From positions 676 to 64,675 of the forward strand of contig CANGMZ010000002.1 of assembly GCA_947454715.1 (NCBI GenBank): 64,000 bases of DNA, read 5' to 3'. The position numbers were made by a program, and so were the translations under genes. Each line of letters starts with the position of its first letter. The stretch's first letter is position 1. Source of the stretch: Chitinophagaceae bacterium. Its GTDB lineage: Bacteria; Bacteroidota; Bacteroidia; Chitinophagales; Chitinophagaceae. Under the pieces are notes generated by a model. That model searched no databases and was not told where the DNA came from. It saw only the letters and a program-made list of their open reading frames with translations. Positions 1-8,266 of this stretch are shown piece after piece.

Positions 1-151
1 ACACTTCGGAGGTGTGCCACAACTTAGTAAGGTGAGTGTTTGTATAGTGGGTGTTTTTTTTATTTTCGGGTGTTTTGTGGGTGTTTTATTTGTTAAGTAT
101 TTGATTGTGAATGTGTTAGTATTTTTTCAAAACTACCACTTTGACCCACTT

Positions 152-829
152 TTACCCGATAGGTGGTATTTCTGTGTTGTTTGTATTGTTGGTAGTTGGT
201 GGCGGGAAATTGGCTTCAAATGCGCCGGGTTGGTTCATCTCTTGTTTTTGTTTGTCAATATTTGTTTTGTAGCTATCTATTATGTTTGCTAATTGGTCAA
301 CATCATCGTCGGTGTTAAGTTCGTACAGGTACTGCTCCCAGTCTTTTTTAATTTCCTGCTGTTGGTTGTATTGGTCTATTGGTGTTTGCGTGATGTTTAC
401 TTTGAGGGTGTTGAGGTAGTCGGTCATTGAGTGCATTACTTCTTCTATGATGTGTGGTTTTTTGTAACGTAAGAAATTAGAGAACAGGGCAAATATTTCA
501 ATAGTTTCTGATAAGCCCTGACGCACTTTTACCTGACGAATGGTCATAGATAGTTTGCGCATGATGTCTGCTTCTTCTTTTGTAGGAAATGGTCTGTCTG
601 AACGTTCGCTGATGTTGCGGTTCATGGCGTTGAGTTGGTTGTAGTATTGCTCAGTGATGAACATGGGTGCATTGGCAGCGGTGTTGCGTGCTGACTTCCA
701 GTCGCCCTCTCGGATCCAATCGAAGAGTGTACGTGGATGAACGCCTATTATGGCTGCAATCTGTGCCCTTGTCAGTTTAGATTGAAAGAAGAGTCTCTTT
801 GCTTGCTCCTTTGTTTCCGGTGTATTCAT
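152..829 (-). CDS. DUF1804 / phage terminase small-subunit-like HTH protein with low-complexity Q/N/T-rich C-terminal extension
   Basis: MNTPETKEQAKRLFFQSKLTRAQIAAIIGVHPRTLFDWIREGDW resembles the HTH of Bacteroidota Mu-like prophage small terminases. Start moved from 946 (ORF track) to the ATG at 829 because the first 39 codons look non-coding. Confidence 0.6.
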   Translation of the reverse strand: MNTPETKEQAKRLFFQSKLTRAQIAAIIGVHPRTLFDWIREGDWKSARNTAANAPMFITEQYYNQLNAMNRNISERSDRPFPTKEEADIMRKLSMTIRQVKVRQGLSETIEIFALFSNFLRYKKPHIIEEVMHSMTDYLNTLKVNITQTPIDQYNQQQEIKKDWEQYLYELNTDDDVDQLANIIDSYKTNIDKQKQEMNQPGAFEANFPPPTTNNTNNTEIPPIG

Positions 830-1189
830 AGTATATAGTTTTAGTTGGTCAAAAACCTGATAATGACTTTTTGTACACGACAAAGGTGAGGAGCGTATAT
901 GAACCCGGCAAGTTGAAAAGACATGGTGGTGCGAAATAAGGACCATGATGGTACGGAAAGTGGACCATCATGTCTTTTTTTTGTGTGGATAAGTGTGGTT
1001 AGTTACTTATTGGTTAGTGGGGTATGTATTGCAGTTGTTATGTTTTGAAAAAAAGGTTCAGGGGTTGTAAAAAAGCGTGTTTTTCAGATGGTTTTTTGTG
1101 AAAAAGTAATCTTGTAGTTATGATGCAATAAGCTTTGGTGCTTAGTGTGCAATGGTCTATTTTAATGGATTTTAGAAGTAAAAAAGCTA

Positions 1190-1891
1190 TTATTTATAAA
1201 ATCTGATTTGCAGGTTTAGCTTAATGAAATAGTCATTGCCTTGTTTGAAAATATCACCAAATCCATGTCTTGTACTGCTTGCAGTTTCCAGTTTTGTTGC
1301 TGTAAAGAGATATGCTTCGAACTCATTCTTATTGTAAATATTGTAGCTGACTATTTCGCCATCTTTTTTTACAATAAGGTAGCCTCCGGTTGCATCAAAT
1401 ATGCCTGACCAAACTTTGGACGGCATCATGCCCAGGGCAACATCACTGAGGAAGCGTTTTATTTTGTATTCGTAAAATGAATGAGCAAATTGTTTGTCGT
1501 ATTGCAGTGGGTTTTTGTTATTGATATGATTTGTGAGGTCGGTGATTGTTGTATGGTTTGTTTCATAAAAAGTTTTTACAATCTCGGATAAAATATCAGG
1601 CAATAAACTGTCTATTAAAACCAGATTGTTTTTGAATATTCCTTGCTCCAGATCTACATATTGCAGTTGACCACCTGCCTTTTTTATTTCAGAAAGTCGG
1701 TCTTTTATTTTACTCTTTGTTTCTATGTTGTTTATTCTTGCTATTTCAATTTCATCGGCTTTGTAATCTGTAATCTTGTAGATGAAGTGTATTTTTTGAT
1801 TTGTGTTTAGTAATGTACTTACTGATTTAGATTGTGATTTATTACAATGGTCTGATTCGTGATTTTCTTTCTTTATGAAGGAATCATTCAT
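1190..1891 (-). CDS. HpaII-family restriction endonuclease, N-terminally truncated (C-terminal two-thirds only)
   Basis: KSQ..STLLN..HFIYKI, LGMMPSKVWSG.FDATGGYLIVKKDGEI and TKLETASSTRHGFG..KLNLQIRF match HpaII-family proteins as I recall them. At 233 aa it lacks the usual N-terminal region (NKGEWSE, and the SDI..GFSIK catalytic motif). Confidence 0.75.
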   Translation of the reverse strand: MNDSFIKKENHESDHCNKSQSKSVSTLLNTNQKIHFIYKITDYKADEIEIARINNIETKSKIKDRLSEIKKAGGQLQYVDLEQGIFKNNLVLIDSLLPDILSEIVKTFYETNHTTITDLTNHINNKNPLQYDKQFAHSFYEYKIKRFLSDVALGMMPSKVWSGIFDATGGYLIVKKDGEIVSYNIYNKNEFEAYLFTATKLETASSTRHGFGDIFKQGNDYFIKLNLQIRFYK

Positions 1892-1962
1892 TTCTTTTTT
1901 ACGCCAATGTACATGTTCTTTCTTTTTTCACGTTTGCTTATAAGTCACATTCATTTTATGCT

Positions 1963-2745
1963 CTAGCTTGCAGCTTTAAATCTTGATTTATTATGCTCTT
2001 TTAAGAATGTTCTATCTGGTAAAAACTTGTCTGGGAGTATGATTTCTTTCCCTTCATAGTCTATGAAGTTTTGCTTAATGCTATCGGGGATATCCTTTCG
2101 TATGATTGATGGAGATATTCTTATTTTATAAGTGTCAGCATCAATTGTTATTAGACCCACTTCAAATGCTTTATCATGTAATGCATTGAGAGAGAGACCA
2201 TTCATAGGATTCATTCTGTTTCTTTCGTCTTTACTCCATGGAATTATATGGCTTGCAATGAGTAACTCTGGATTTGAGATTCCCGTGATACAACATTTGT
2301 TATTGTATGTAGCTAAAATAATTGTCCGAAATATTGACTGATTTACTCTGGTTTTTACAAGTCGTTGTTTCTCTAATCCCTCAGAGGGTAAATCTGATAA
2401 TTCGATGTTATTTAGCTTTTCAATAGTTGTGTTTTTTACCTTAGCCATTAATCGTTCACTTTCAAAAAGTGCGGCATCCCAGTTATTGTAGAATTCATCC
2501 CAAATTTCTTTATCAAGTTTACTTGCATTCGATGCGCCTTTTATTCCTCTTTCTTTTAGCGTCGGGTCAAAGCTTGCAAAGTTCCCCAATTTGAGTGCTA
2601 TTGACGAAGGTGTTCTGCCAATTAAGTCTGCCAATTTTATTATTTCAGTATTGTTTTTGTGCATTTTCCCAAAGGGTAATTTGCAATAGAGATTTACAGC
2701 TAATATTAGTTCGTCTCTACTCCATAGTTTTTGGCCTTCTTTCAT
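1963..2745 (-). CDS. HNH endonuclease, COG3440-type putative restriction endonuclease
   Basis: N-terminal WSRDELILAVNLYCKLPFGKMH..GRTPSSIALKLGNFASFDP domain plus HNH_2-like core CCITG..LIASHIIPWS..NGLSLNALHDKAFE. Confidence 0.85.
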   Translation of the reverse strand: MKEGQKLWSRDELILAVNLYCKLPFGKMHKNNTEIIKLADLIGRTPSSIALKLGNFASFDPTLKERGIKGASNASKLDKEIWDEFYNNWDAALFESERLMAKVKNTTIEKLNNIELSDLPSEGLEKQRLVKTRVNQSIFRTIILATYNNKCCITGISNPELLIASHIIPWSKDERNRMNPMNGLSLNALHDKAFEVGLITIDADTYKIRISPSIIRKDIPDSIKQNFIDYEGKEIILPDKFLPDRTFLKEHNKSRFKAAS

Positions 2746-2827
2746 GTTGTTAAGATATGATTTTTATTGCAACGAATGGGGTTTGTTTAGTTGTGTTTTT
2801 ATTAGATGTTAGATTATTTTAGGACCT

Positions 2828-2835
2828 TATCTTTG
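2828..2835 (+). promoter_or_regulatory. Bacteroidota -7 promoter box (TATCTTTG) with no protein-coding gene downstream
   Basis: Exact TAnnTTTG match followed by CGG, as at other promoters in this window. The next + strand gene is more than 4 kb away. Confidence 0.45.
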
Positions 2836-2936
2836 CGGCTCTACGTAAGTGAATGTGACCTAAAGACGTTACGTCCCGGTGGTTGTTGGTGATAGCATCA
2901 ACAATGGTGTGCTTGTAGTCGTGTTGCCGGTATGAA

Positions 2937-3833
2937 TTAATACAATAGTCCTTTTACACTTATATTGCCTTGAAGGCCGCCGGTGTGTATGCAGAGTATT
3001 TTGTCTGTAATGTTGAAATGATTTTGGGCGATCAGCTGACCGATACCGTACATCATTTTCGAGGTGTAGATAATGTCGAGCGGTATGTGGTTGGTATGGT
3101 AGAAATGGTTCATGAAGTCGATGAGTTCTGAGTTCCATTTTCCGAAACCGCCAAAATGCCAGTTGTCGAATAGTTGCCAGTTGGTATTTTTTTCAGGTGT
3201 AAGGTGGGGTGCAATATGGTCTGTGAGGTAGGTGCCTTGTTTCATGGGGGCAAAGCCCATAACTATCTGGTCTGTGTTGGTTTTGTTGCGGATGCCTGTG
3301 AGGGTGGTGCCGGAGCCTACGGAGAGGGCAATGTGTGTGTATTCTTCTGTGATAAACCGACTGATGAGCCCTGCTCCTTTTCTGCCCCATTCGTTGGCGC
3401 CGCCTTCAGGTATTATATAGAGTTCATCGAATTGTGCTGCAAGTCGTTGTTCCCACTCGGGGTGTGTTTGTGTGTCGTAGTCTTCTTTAGTGACAAAGAT
3501 AAGTTCCATGCCCTCGTTGATGCAGTCTTGCAGGGTGGGTGTGAGGTGGTCGTACTTACCTCTTACTATACCTACAGATGCCAGCCCGGCGCGGCGTGCG
3601 GTATAGGCCGTAGCTACGAGATGGTTAGAATATCCGCCGCCAAAGGTGACCATTGTTTTAAAATTATTGTCTTGTGCATAGAGCACATTGAGGCGCAGTT
3701 TGTACCACTTGTTCCCGCTGACTACGGGGTGCACCAAGTCGAGTCGCAGCATATCAAGTGCTGCAACTTTGTGTTGGTATTGTTCGGTATCAATATGCGA
3801 AATTACTACGTTGTTCTCATGAATTATATCCAT
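2937..3833 (-). CDS. ACC deaminase / D-cysteine desulfhydrase family PLP-dependent enzyme
   Basis: MLRLDLVHPVVSGNKWYKL (PLP lysine), TFGGGYSNHL, IPEGG, SVGSGTT, LDIIYTSK, HTGGLQG. Start taken at MDII (3833); the ORF track begins at 3854. Confidence 0.9.
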   Translation of the reverse strand: MDIIHENNVVISHIDTEQYQHKVAALDMLRLDLVHPVVSGNKWYKLRLNVLYAQDNNFKTMVTFGGGYSNHLVATAYTARRAGLASVGIVRGKYDHLTPTLQDCINEGMELIFVTKEDYDTQTHPEWEQRLAAQFDELYIIPEGGANEWGRKGAGLISRFITEEYTHIALSVGSGTTLTGIRNKTNTDQIVMGFAPMKQGTYLTDHIAPHLTPEKNTNWQLFDNWHFGGFGKWNSELIDFMNHFYHTNHIPLDIIYTSKMMYGIGQLIAQNHFNITDKILCIHTGGLQGNISVKGLLY

Positions 3834-4704
3834 ATTCCCGCAGGTGGTTTTCATTGTCGCGCCAGTGAGGACGAACCTTTACAAACAGCTCCAGGTGCAC
3901 TTTACGGTCGAGGAATTCCTGCATAGACATACGGGCATTGATGCCTAATTGTTTGATCATAGCACCACCCTTGCCGAGCAAGATCATTTTCTGTGTTTCG
4001 CGGCTCACAATAATGTCTGCCTTGATAACAGTAAGTGTCGATTTCTCTTCAAACGCTTGTATGAATACGGCAGCATGGTAGGGTATCTCGTCTTCGTAGA
4101 GTGCATAAATCTGCTCGCGGATAAGTTCGCTTACAAAGAAACGTTCGTTGCGGTCAGAGATATTATCGTCAGTATAATAAGGCGGGGCCTCCGGTAGTGT
4201 TTTGAGTATGAGCGGAATGATTTGCTCGGTGTTGTGTTTTGTTTTGGCAGAGATAGGCAGGATATCCCATTTAGGATAAGCGGCAGTGTATTCTGCTAGT
4301 ATATCAGCGAGCGGAATATCGCCGCTAAGTCTGTCTGTTTTGTTGAGCAATAATATGGCGCGCGATTTTAGTTTCAGCATACCCATAAGCTCGTTAAGGC
4401 TTTCTATAGGTTTGTTGATATCGTGAACGATTATAGCTATATCTGCATCTTCGAGTGCACTTTTTACCTGCTGCATCATTTTTTCGTGCAGCTTGTATTT
4501 TGCTTCAATAATACCGGGTGTGTCTGAGAAGACGATCTGGTAGTTGTCTTCTGTAAGAATGCCGAGAATACGATGGCGTGTAGTCTGCACTTTTGAAGAA
4601 GTGATGACGAGTCTTTCGCCCAACAACAAGTTGAGCAGGGTAGACTTACCCGCGTTAGGTGCGCCGAAAATATTTACAAAACCTGATTGAAATTTTTCCT
4701 CCAT
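3817..4704 (-). CDS. era: GTPase Era
   Basis: GAPNAGKS, QTTRH, DTPG, NKTD and C-terminal KH domain (EIPYH..VHLELFVKV). Confidence 0.97.
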   Translation of the reverse strand: MEEKFQSGFVNIFGAPNAGKSTLLNLLLGERLVITSSKVQTTRHRILGILTEDNYQIVFSDTPGIIEAKYKLHEKMMQQVKSALEDADIAIIVHDINKPIESLNELMGMLKLKSRAILLLNKTDRLSGDIPLADILAEYTAAYPKWDILPISAKTKHNTEQIIPLILKTLPEAPPYYTDDNISDRNERFFVSELIREQIYALYEDEIPYHAAVFIQAFEEKSTLTVIKADIIVSRETQKMILLGKGGAMIKQLGINARMSMQEFLDRKVHLELFVKVRPHWRDNENHLREYGYNS

Positions 4705-4711
4705 TAGGCTG

Positions 4712-4719
4712 CAAAGGTA
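4712..4719 (-). promoter_or_regulatory. -7 promoter box TACCTTTG upstream of era
   Basis: TAnnTTTG consensus 7 nt upstream of the start codon. Confidence 0.65.
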
Positions 4720-4798
4720 GTGAATGTGGTGGGAATGTTAAGGAATACGTTAATGTGGAAATAATGATACAGGAAACTGTTTTATGATATTTTGCAAT

Positions 4799-4836
4799 GA
4801 AGCCGGAGATAATTTTTAAAAATCATCTCCGGCTTC
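4799..4836. terminator. Inverted repeat, probable intrinsic terminator
   Basis: GAAGCCGGAGAT...ATCTCCGGCTTC 12-bp stem downstream of the 4897-5634 gene. Confidence 0.55.
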
Positions 4837-4896
4837 GAAAATCAGCTTTGTTCATATATTTCTGAACGCCAAGTGTTGTGATTGTTATTGATGCGA

Positions 4897-5634
4897 TTAA
4901 GGTTTTGCAATAAAATCGACCCCATTATAGACTGCGATTGCTCTTTGTAAATTAAATTTATTTTTTTCTTGATTGATTCCTACGGCAACCCAGCCAATAC
5001 ATCCAAGACCCGTAAGTGAACCACTAATGGCATTAATTGTGGGGTCATTCTTTTGGCTGTTGATAGCAAGACCAAGTAAGCCCACTGCAATAACACCTGC
5101 ATAAGAGCGCCTAAATTTATGTTGTGTTTTTTCGGCTTGTTTGTATTTTGCTAACCATTCATTTGCCGGGTGATCAGCAGGGATTATTTGTTTTAGGTCT
5201 TTGTAGTTAATTAGCATAACAGCCGGAGATGCGGGCGTGCACATGTACATAATGTTGCTTTTCAGATTATCAATTCTATGAGCACCACCGGGTTCATTTG
5301 TAGGGGTAATGATGGTAATGTGTAATACATATTGATAGACGTCAATGCGTCCTGAATATACTTTTCTAGCGAAATCGGTTACCGGTTCTGAAATACTGGC
5401 ATATTCTGTTGTGCCGTCGCTATATGCGATAATTTTTTTCTTTGAATAGCTTTGGTTGTCAGCAATAATACTGGTATCAACTACTTTAACTTCATTTGCT
5501 TCAACCTTTCCCTTATCTATGGTAGTAATGTATGGTTTTAATGGTTTTGAGACAGGCTTACCCATAATTAATGGTGGGGTTTTACAAGAGGCAAGAACAC
5601 TGACCAGTGATAAGAAAAGAATTAGTTTTTTCAT
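4897..5634 (-). CDS. Hypothetical lipoprotein with two C-terminal Gly-rich hydrophobic helices
   Basis: MKKLILFLSLVSVLASC lipobox; hydrophobic segments GVIAVGLLGLAI and LTGLGCIGWVAVGI. Confidence 0.75.
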   Translation of the reverse strand: MKKLILFLSLVSVLASCKTPPLIMGKPVSKPLKPYITTIDKGKVEANEVKVVDTSIIADNQSYSKKKIIAYSDGTTEYASISEPVTDFARKVYSGRIDVYQYVLHITIITPTNEPGGAHRIDNLKSNIMYMCTPASPAVMLINYKDLKQIIPADHPANEWLAKYKQAEKTQHKFRRSYAGVIAVGLLGLAINSQKNDPTINAISGSLTGLGCIGWVAVGINQEKNKFNLQRAIAVYNGVDFIAKP

Positions 5635-5725
5635 AGAAATAAATTTAGCCGCAATTATAGATAAATAACTTTGAAAGAAGTAGTAGATGAAGGAATTAGT
5701 ATTTAACTATTTGTATTCTAGTAGA

Positions 5726-6307
5726 TTATAAGGTTTGTAGTATAAAATATCTATTATATAATTTGCCGGTGAAAATACCGGTTAGGGTGCCAATGCAGGC
5801 TCCGATAGTGACATCGAGCGGGTAATGAACACCTACATAAACCTGTGCATAGCAGACTGATGCAGCCCAAAGTATGGCTACAGGCCAAACCCATTTATAG
5901 TATTTGCCGAGGGTAACAGCGCTGAAAATGCCTATTGAGAAGTGATTTGCAGCATGAGATGACGGAAAGCTATAGCCACTACCGCAAGGCACTATGATGT
6001 GTATGATATCTGCAAGTGCAGGGTTGTTGCAAGGGCGTAAGCGATGGAAAACAGGCTTAAGCAGGCTGGCACTTATTTGGTCTGAAATAACAAATGATAT
6101 AAAGAAAACAAGGCACCACATAGCTCCTTTTTTGCTGAATTTTAAGGGCATGAAGGTGGCCAGAAACAGATATAAAGGCACCCAGAACCATTGGTTTCTC
6201 AGGAAAGGCATCACAAAATCGAGCAGGGGTGTACGCCACTGTATGTTGACATAGTACCATGCTATGTGATCCCAATAAAGAATAGTATCCTGAAAAGTGT
6301 TTGCCAT
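5726..6307 (-). CDS. PAP2-family membrane phosphatase
   Basis: KPVFHRLRP, SFPSSHAAN and QVYVGVHYPLDV motifs. Start overlaps the upstream stop (TAATG). Confidence 0.93.
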   Translation of the reverse strand: MANTFQDTILYWDHIAWYYVNIQWRTPLLDFVMPFLRNQWFWVPLYLFLATFMPLKFSKKGAMWCLVFFISFVISDQISASLLKPVFHRLRPCNNPALADIIHIIVPCGSGYSFPSSHAANHFSIGIFSAVTLGKYYKWVWPVAILWAASVCYAQVYVGVHYPLDVTIGACIGTLTGIFTGKLYNRYFILQTL

Positions 6308-7035
6308 TAATGCTTCTTAAATATCATTATCATTCGTGGGGTGTCTTCGGGGTGGTATGGAGCCAGTTGATAGTCGCCGAAGGTTTCTATTAATGTGAGC
6401 CCTGCTGCTGAGAACATTTCAACAAAGTCTTCGAGCGAAAATGTGGCTACACTTTCGGTAAAATGGCGGGCAATGTTTTGTTGGTCAGTGAATTTTATAT
6501 CTTTTATGATGTGCTTTCGTTCAAATTTTTTGGTGATGTGGAAGGTGATTTCTTCACGTTCTACATCAGCAGCATTTACCATGCTTTTGAGCACGTTTTT
6601 GTAGTTGAAGTAGTCGATGACCAGTATGCCACCTTTTTTGAGTGCCCCTGCAAATGAGCGGGCAGCCATGCGGTGATCTCGGTCGTATTTAAAATAGCCG
6701 AAGCTGGTGAAGAAGTTGAATGCGAAATCGAAATAGTTGATATAGAATGGGAAACGCATATCCTGCACATAAAAGTGGAGGTGATTTGTTTCGTGGGTTT
6801 TTGCGTGTTCTATGCTGTTGGCAGAGATGTCTATTCCGGTTACGTCATAGCCTTTTTCTGCCAATTGTAGCGAAAAGCGACCTTCGCCACAGGCGATATC
6901 GAGCATGCTGCTACCAGCAGGTGGGGTGAGGTAGCAGATCAGTTGGTCTGTAAATTTCTGTGCTTCACGGTCGTCCCTGTTGTTGTACAGTATTTTGTAA
7001 AAGGGAGAATCAAACCAATTTTCGAACCAATCCAT
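6307..7035 (-). CDS. Class I SAM-dependent methyltransferase
   Basis: MLDIACGEGR motif I, GIDIS, QDMR, FNFFTSFGYF. Confidence 0.93.
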   Translation of the reverse strand: MDWFENWFDSPFYKILYNNRDDREAQKFTDQLICYLTPPAGSSMLDIACGEGRFSLQLAEKGYDVTGIDISANSIEHAKTHETNHLHFYVQDMRFPFYINYFDFAFNFFTSFGYFKYDRDHRMAARSFAGALKKGGILVIDYFNYKNVLKSMVNAADVEREEITFHITKKFERKHIIKDIKFTDQQNIARHFTESVATFSLEDFVEMFSAAGLTLIETFGDYQLAPYHPEDTPRMIMIFKKH

Positions 7036-7218
7036 TTTAATAATTATTATAAATCCGTGATCATGCGGTGAATAAAAAGATGATTTTGGTCATCTTTATG
7101 CAACCAATGGCAAACTTAATACAATAGTTGAACTGAAGTAATAAGTGACTAGAAATTATATCATTGTGATTTTTTATAATTCCTGATTCCGGCTTTCTGC
7201 TAACAATCAAAATTACGG

Positions 7219-7226
7219 TATATTTG
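7219..7226 (+). promoter_or_regulatory. -7 promoter box TATATTTG
   Basis: Consensus match 16 nt before the TPR gene start. Confidence 0.6.
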
Positions 7227-7242
7227 CGGCCCAATTGATATT

Positions 7243-7893
7243 ATGAATTTAAGACGTTTTTTAGTTACGTATCGTTTGCCATTGGCTGTAGCACTGATCG
7301 CATTAGGTTTTTTAACCGGATTTAAAGTGACCTGGTGGATAGCCTGGATTCCATTTTTGCTGGCGATACTGATGATTGTAGCCTACTTTATGATAGGTCC
7401 AATGACCCTGATACAGGGGTATATGGAAAGTGGAGATATGGAAGGTGCTCAGAAATTGCTGAAGCAGGTAAAGTATCCGAATCTGCTTTACAAGCCTATT
7501 CGCTCTTCGTATTATATGCTGCAGAGTAATATCGCCAGCATGGGTGATGATCTGGATTTGGCTGAGGCTCAGTTGCGTAAAGGATTGGAGACCGGAATGC
7601 CGGAGAAAGAGCATGAAGGAAGTGCTTATCTGCAATTGGGTATGATTGCGTTGAAGAAAGGAAATACTAAGGAAGCGAGTGAGAATCTGAAGAAATCATT
7701 GCAATTGGGTGTTCCTGATAAAGATTCTGAAGCAATGGCTAATTTGTATTTGTCTCAAATCTGCATTCAGCGTCGTGACTTCCGTAATGCCAAGGTATAT
7801 TTTAATAAGGCAAAGAGCTGCAAGTCTAAGAATGAGCAGGTAGTGGAGCAGATAAAAGAACTGGCAACTTATATAGCGAGAATTCCGGGTTAA
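7243..7893 (+). CDS. Membrane-anchored tetratricopeptide-repeat protein
   Basis: Two N-terminal TM segments, then TPR-like helices (AYLQLGMIALKKGNTKEASENLKKSL; ANLYLSQICIQRRDFRNAKVYFNKA). Confidence 0.85.
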   Translation: MNLRRFLVTYRLPLAVALIALGFLTGFKVTWWIAWIPFLLAILMIVAYFMIGPMTLIQGYMESGDMEGAQKLLKQVKYPNLLYKPIRSSYYMLQSNIASMGDDLDLAEAQLRKGLETGMPEKEHEGSAYLQLGMIALKKGNTKEASENLKKSLQLGVPDKDSEAMANLYLSQICIQRRDFRNAKVYFNKAKSCKSKNEQVVEQIKELATYIARIPG

Positions 7894-7963
7894 GAACCGG
7901 CAAAGAGGTGCGAAGGCAGGGGTGAGATATTTACCATGCTTTTGTATTTTGAAATTGTAAGCG

Positions 7964-7971
7964 TATATTTG
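7964..7971 (+). promoter_or_regulatory. -7 promoter box TATATTTG of tRNA-Leu
   Basis: Consensus match about 35 nt upstream of the tRNA. Confidence 0.65.
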
Positions 7972-8006
7972 CGCTCCTGAATAGGGAATACCTCAGTAAT
8001 AAAGAT

Positions 8007-8091
8007 GCGGCGATGGCGAAACTGGTAGACGCACTACTTTGAGGTGGTAGCGCCTGTAACGGGCATGGGAGTTCGAATCTCCTTTGCCGCA
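8007..8091 (+). tRNA. tRNA-Leu (anticodon GAG)
   Basis: Acceptor GCGGCGA/TTGCCGC, D-loop TGGTAGAC, anticodon arm CTACT-TTGAGGT-GGTAG, long variable arm, T-loop GTTCGAATC. CCA not encoded. Confidence 0.96.
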
Positions 8092-8101
8092 CACAAGGGA
8101 G

Positions 8102-8150
8102 AGAGCGAAAGAAGCAGCGCGTAGAGCGATGTGGCTTTCGCTCTTTTTTT
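8102..8150 (+). terminator. tRNA-Leu intrinsic terminator
   Basis: AGAGCGAAAG (8102-8111) pairs with CTTTCGCTCT (8135-8144), followed by a T run. Confidence 0.7.
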
Positions 8151-8154
8151 GTTT
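8129..8154 (+). repeat. 26-bp direct repeat copy 1 (ATGTGGCTTTCGCTCTTTTTTTGTTT)
   Basis: Identical to 8638-8663; it is the 3' half of the tRNA terminator. Confidence 0.95.
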
Positions 8155-8266
8155 TCAAATCGTTTTGGTAAACAAAAAAATCTTTTGGGATATTAATAAA
8201 GAAGCTATCTATTTCATTGATAGCATTCAAAATATCGTATAGCCAAGTTTTTATGTTAATGTCCAT
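8147..8266 (-). pseudogene. HepT/DUF86 (HEPN) toxin, 5' fragment of about 40 codons
   Basis: MDINIKTWLYDILNAINEIDSF...YQNDLKTK is a typical DUF86 N-terminus overlapping the MNT stop. The frame then runs into the terminator repeat and antisense tRNA sequence; the RX4-6H motif is absent. Confidence 0.85.

Noticed and set aside
14-292. 92-aa hydrophobic + strand ORF
   Set aside because: Its V/F/L/C richness follows from the G/T-skewed low-complexity DNA, and it overlaps the minus-strand gene.
1928-1954. Recoding (selenocysteine or read-through) at the in-frame TGA upstream of the HpaII-like gene
   Set aside because: Read-through adds only 21 non-HpaII-like codons and does not restore the catalytic region; no SECIS-like hairpin is evident.
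2937-3833. Calling this a true plant-beneficial ACC deaminase (acdS)
   Set aside because: Family motifs do not separate it from D-cysteine desulfhydrase-like enzymes by eye, so no symbol was given.
3174-3926. 250-aa + strand ORF, and the many other 60-160 aa ORFs antisense to or nested in assigned genes
   Set aside because: They lie over genes with clear family motifs, have no recognisable motifs, and are best explained as shadow frames.
7931-8146. C-terminal 70 aa of the 111-aa ORF 7931-8266
   Set aside because: This is read-through across the terminator and antisense tRNA-Leu; only the first 40 or so codons are HepT-like.
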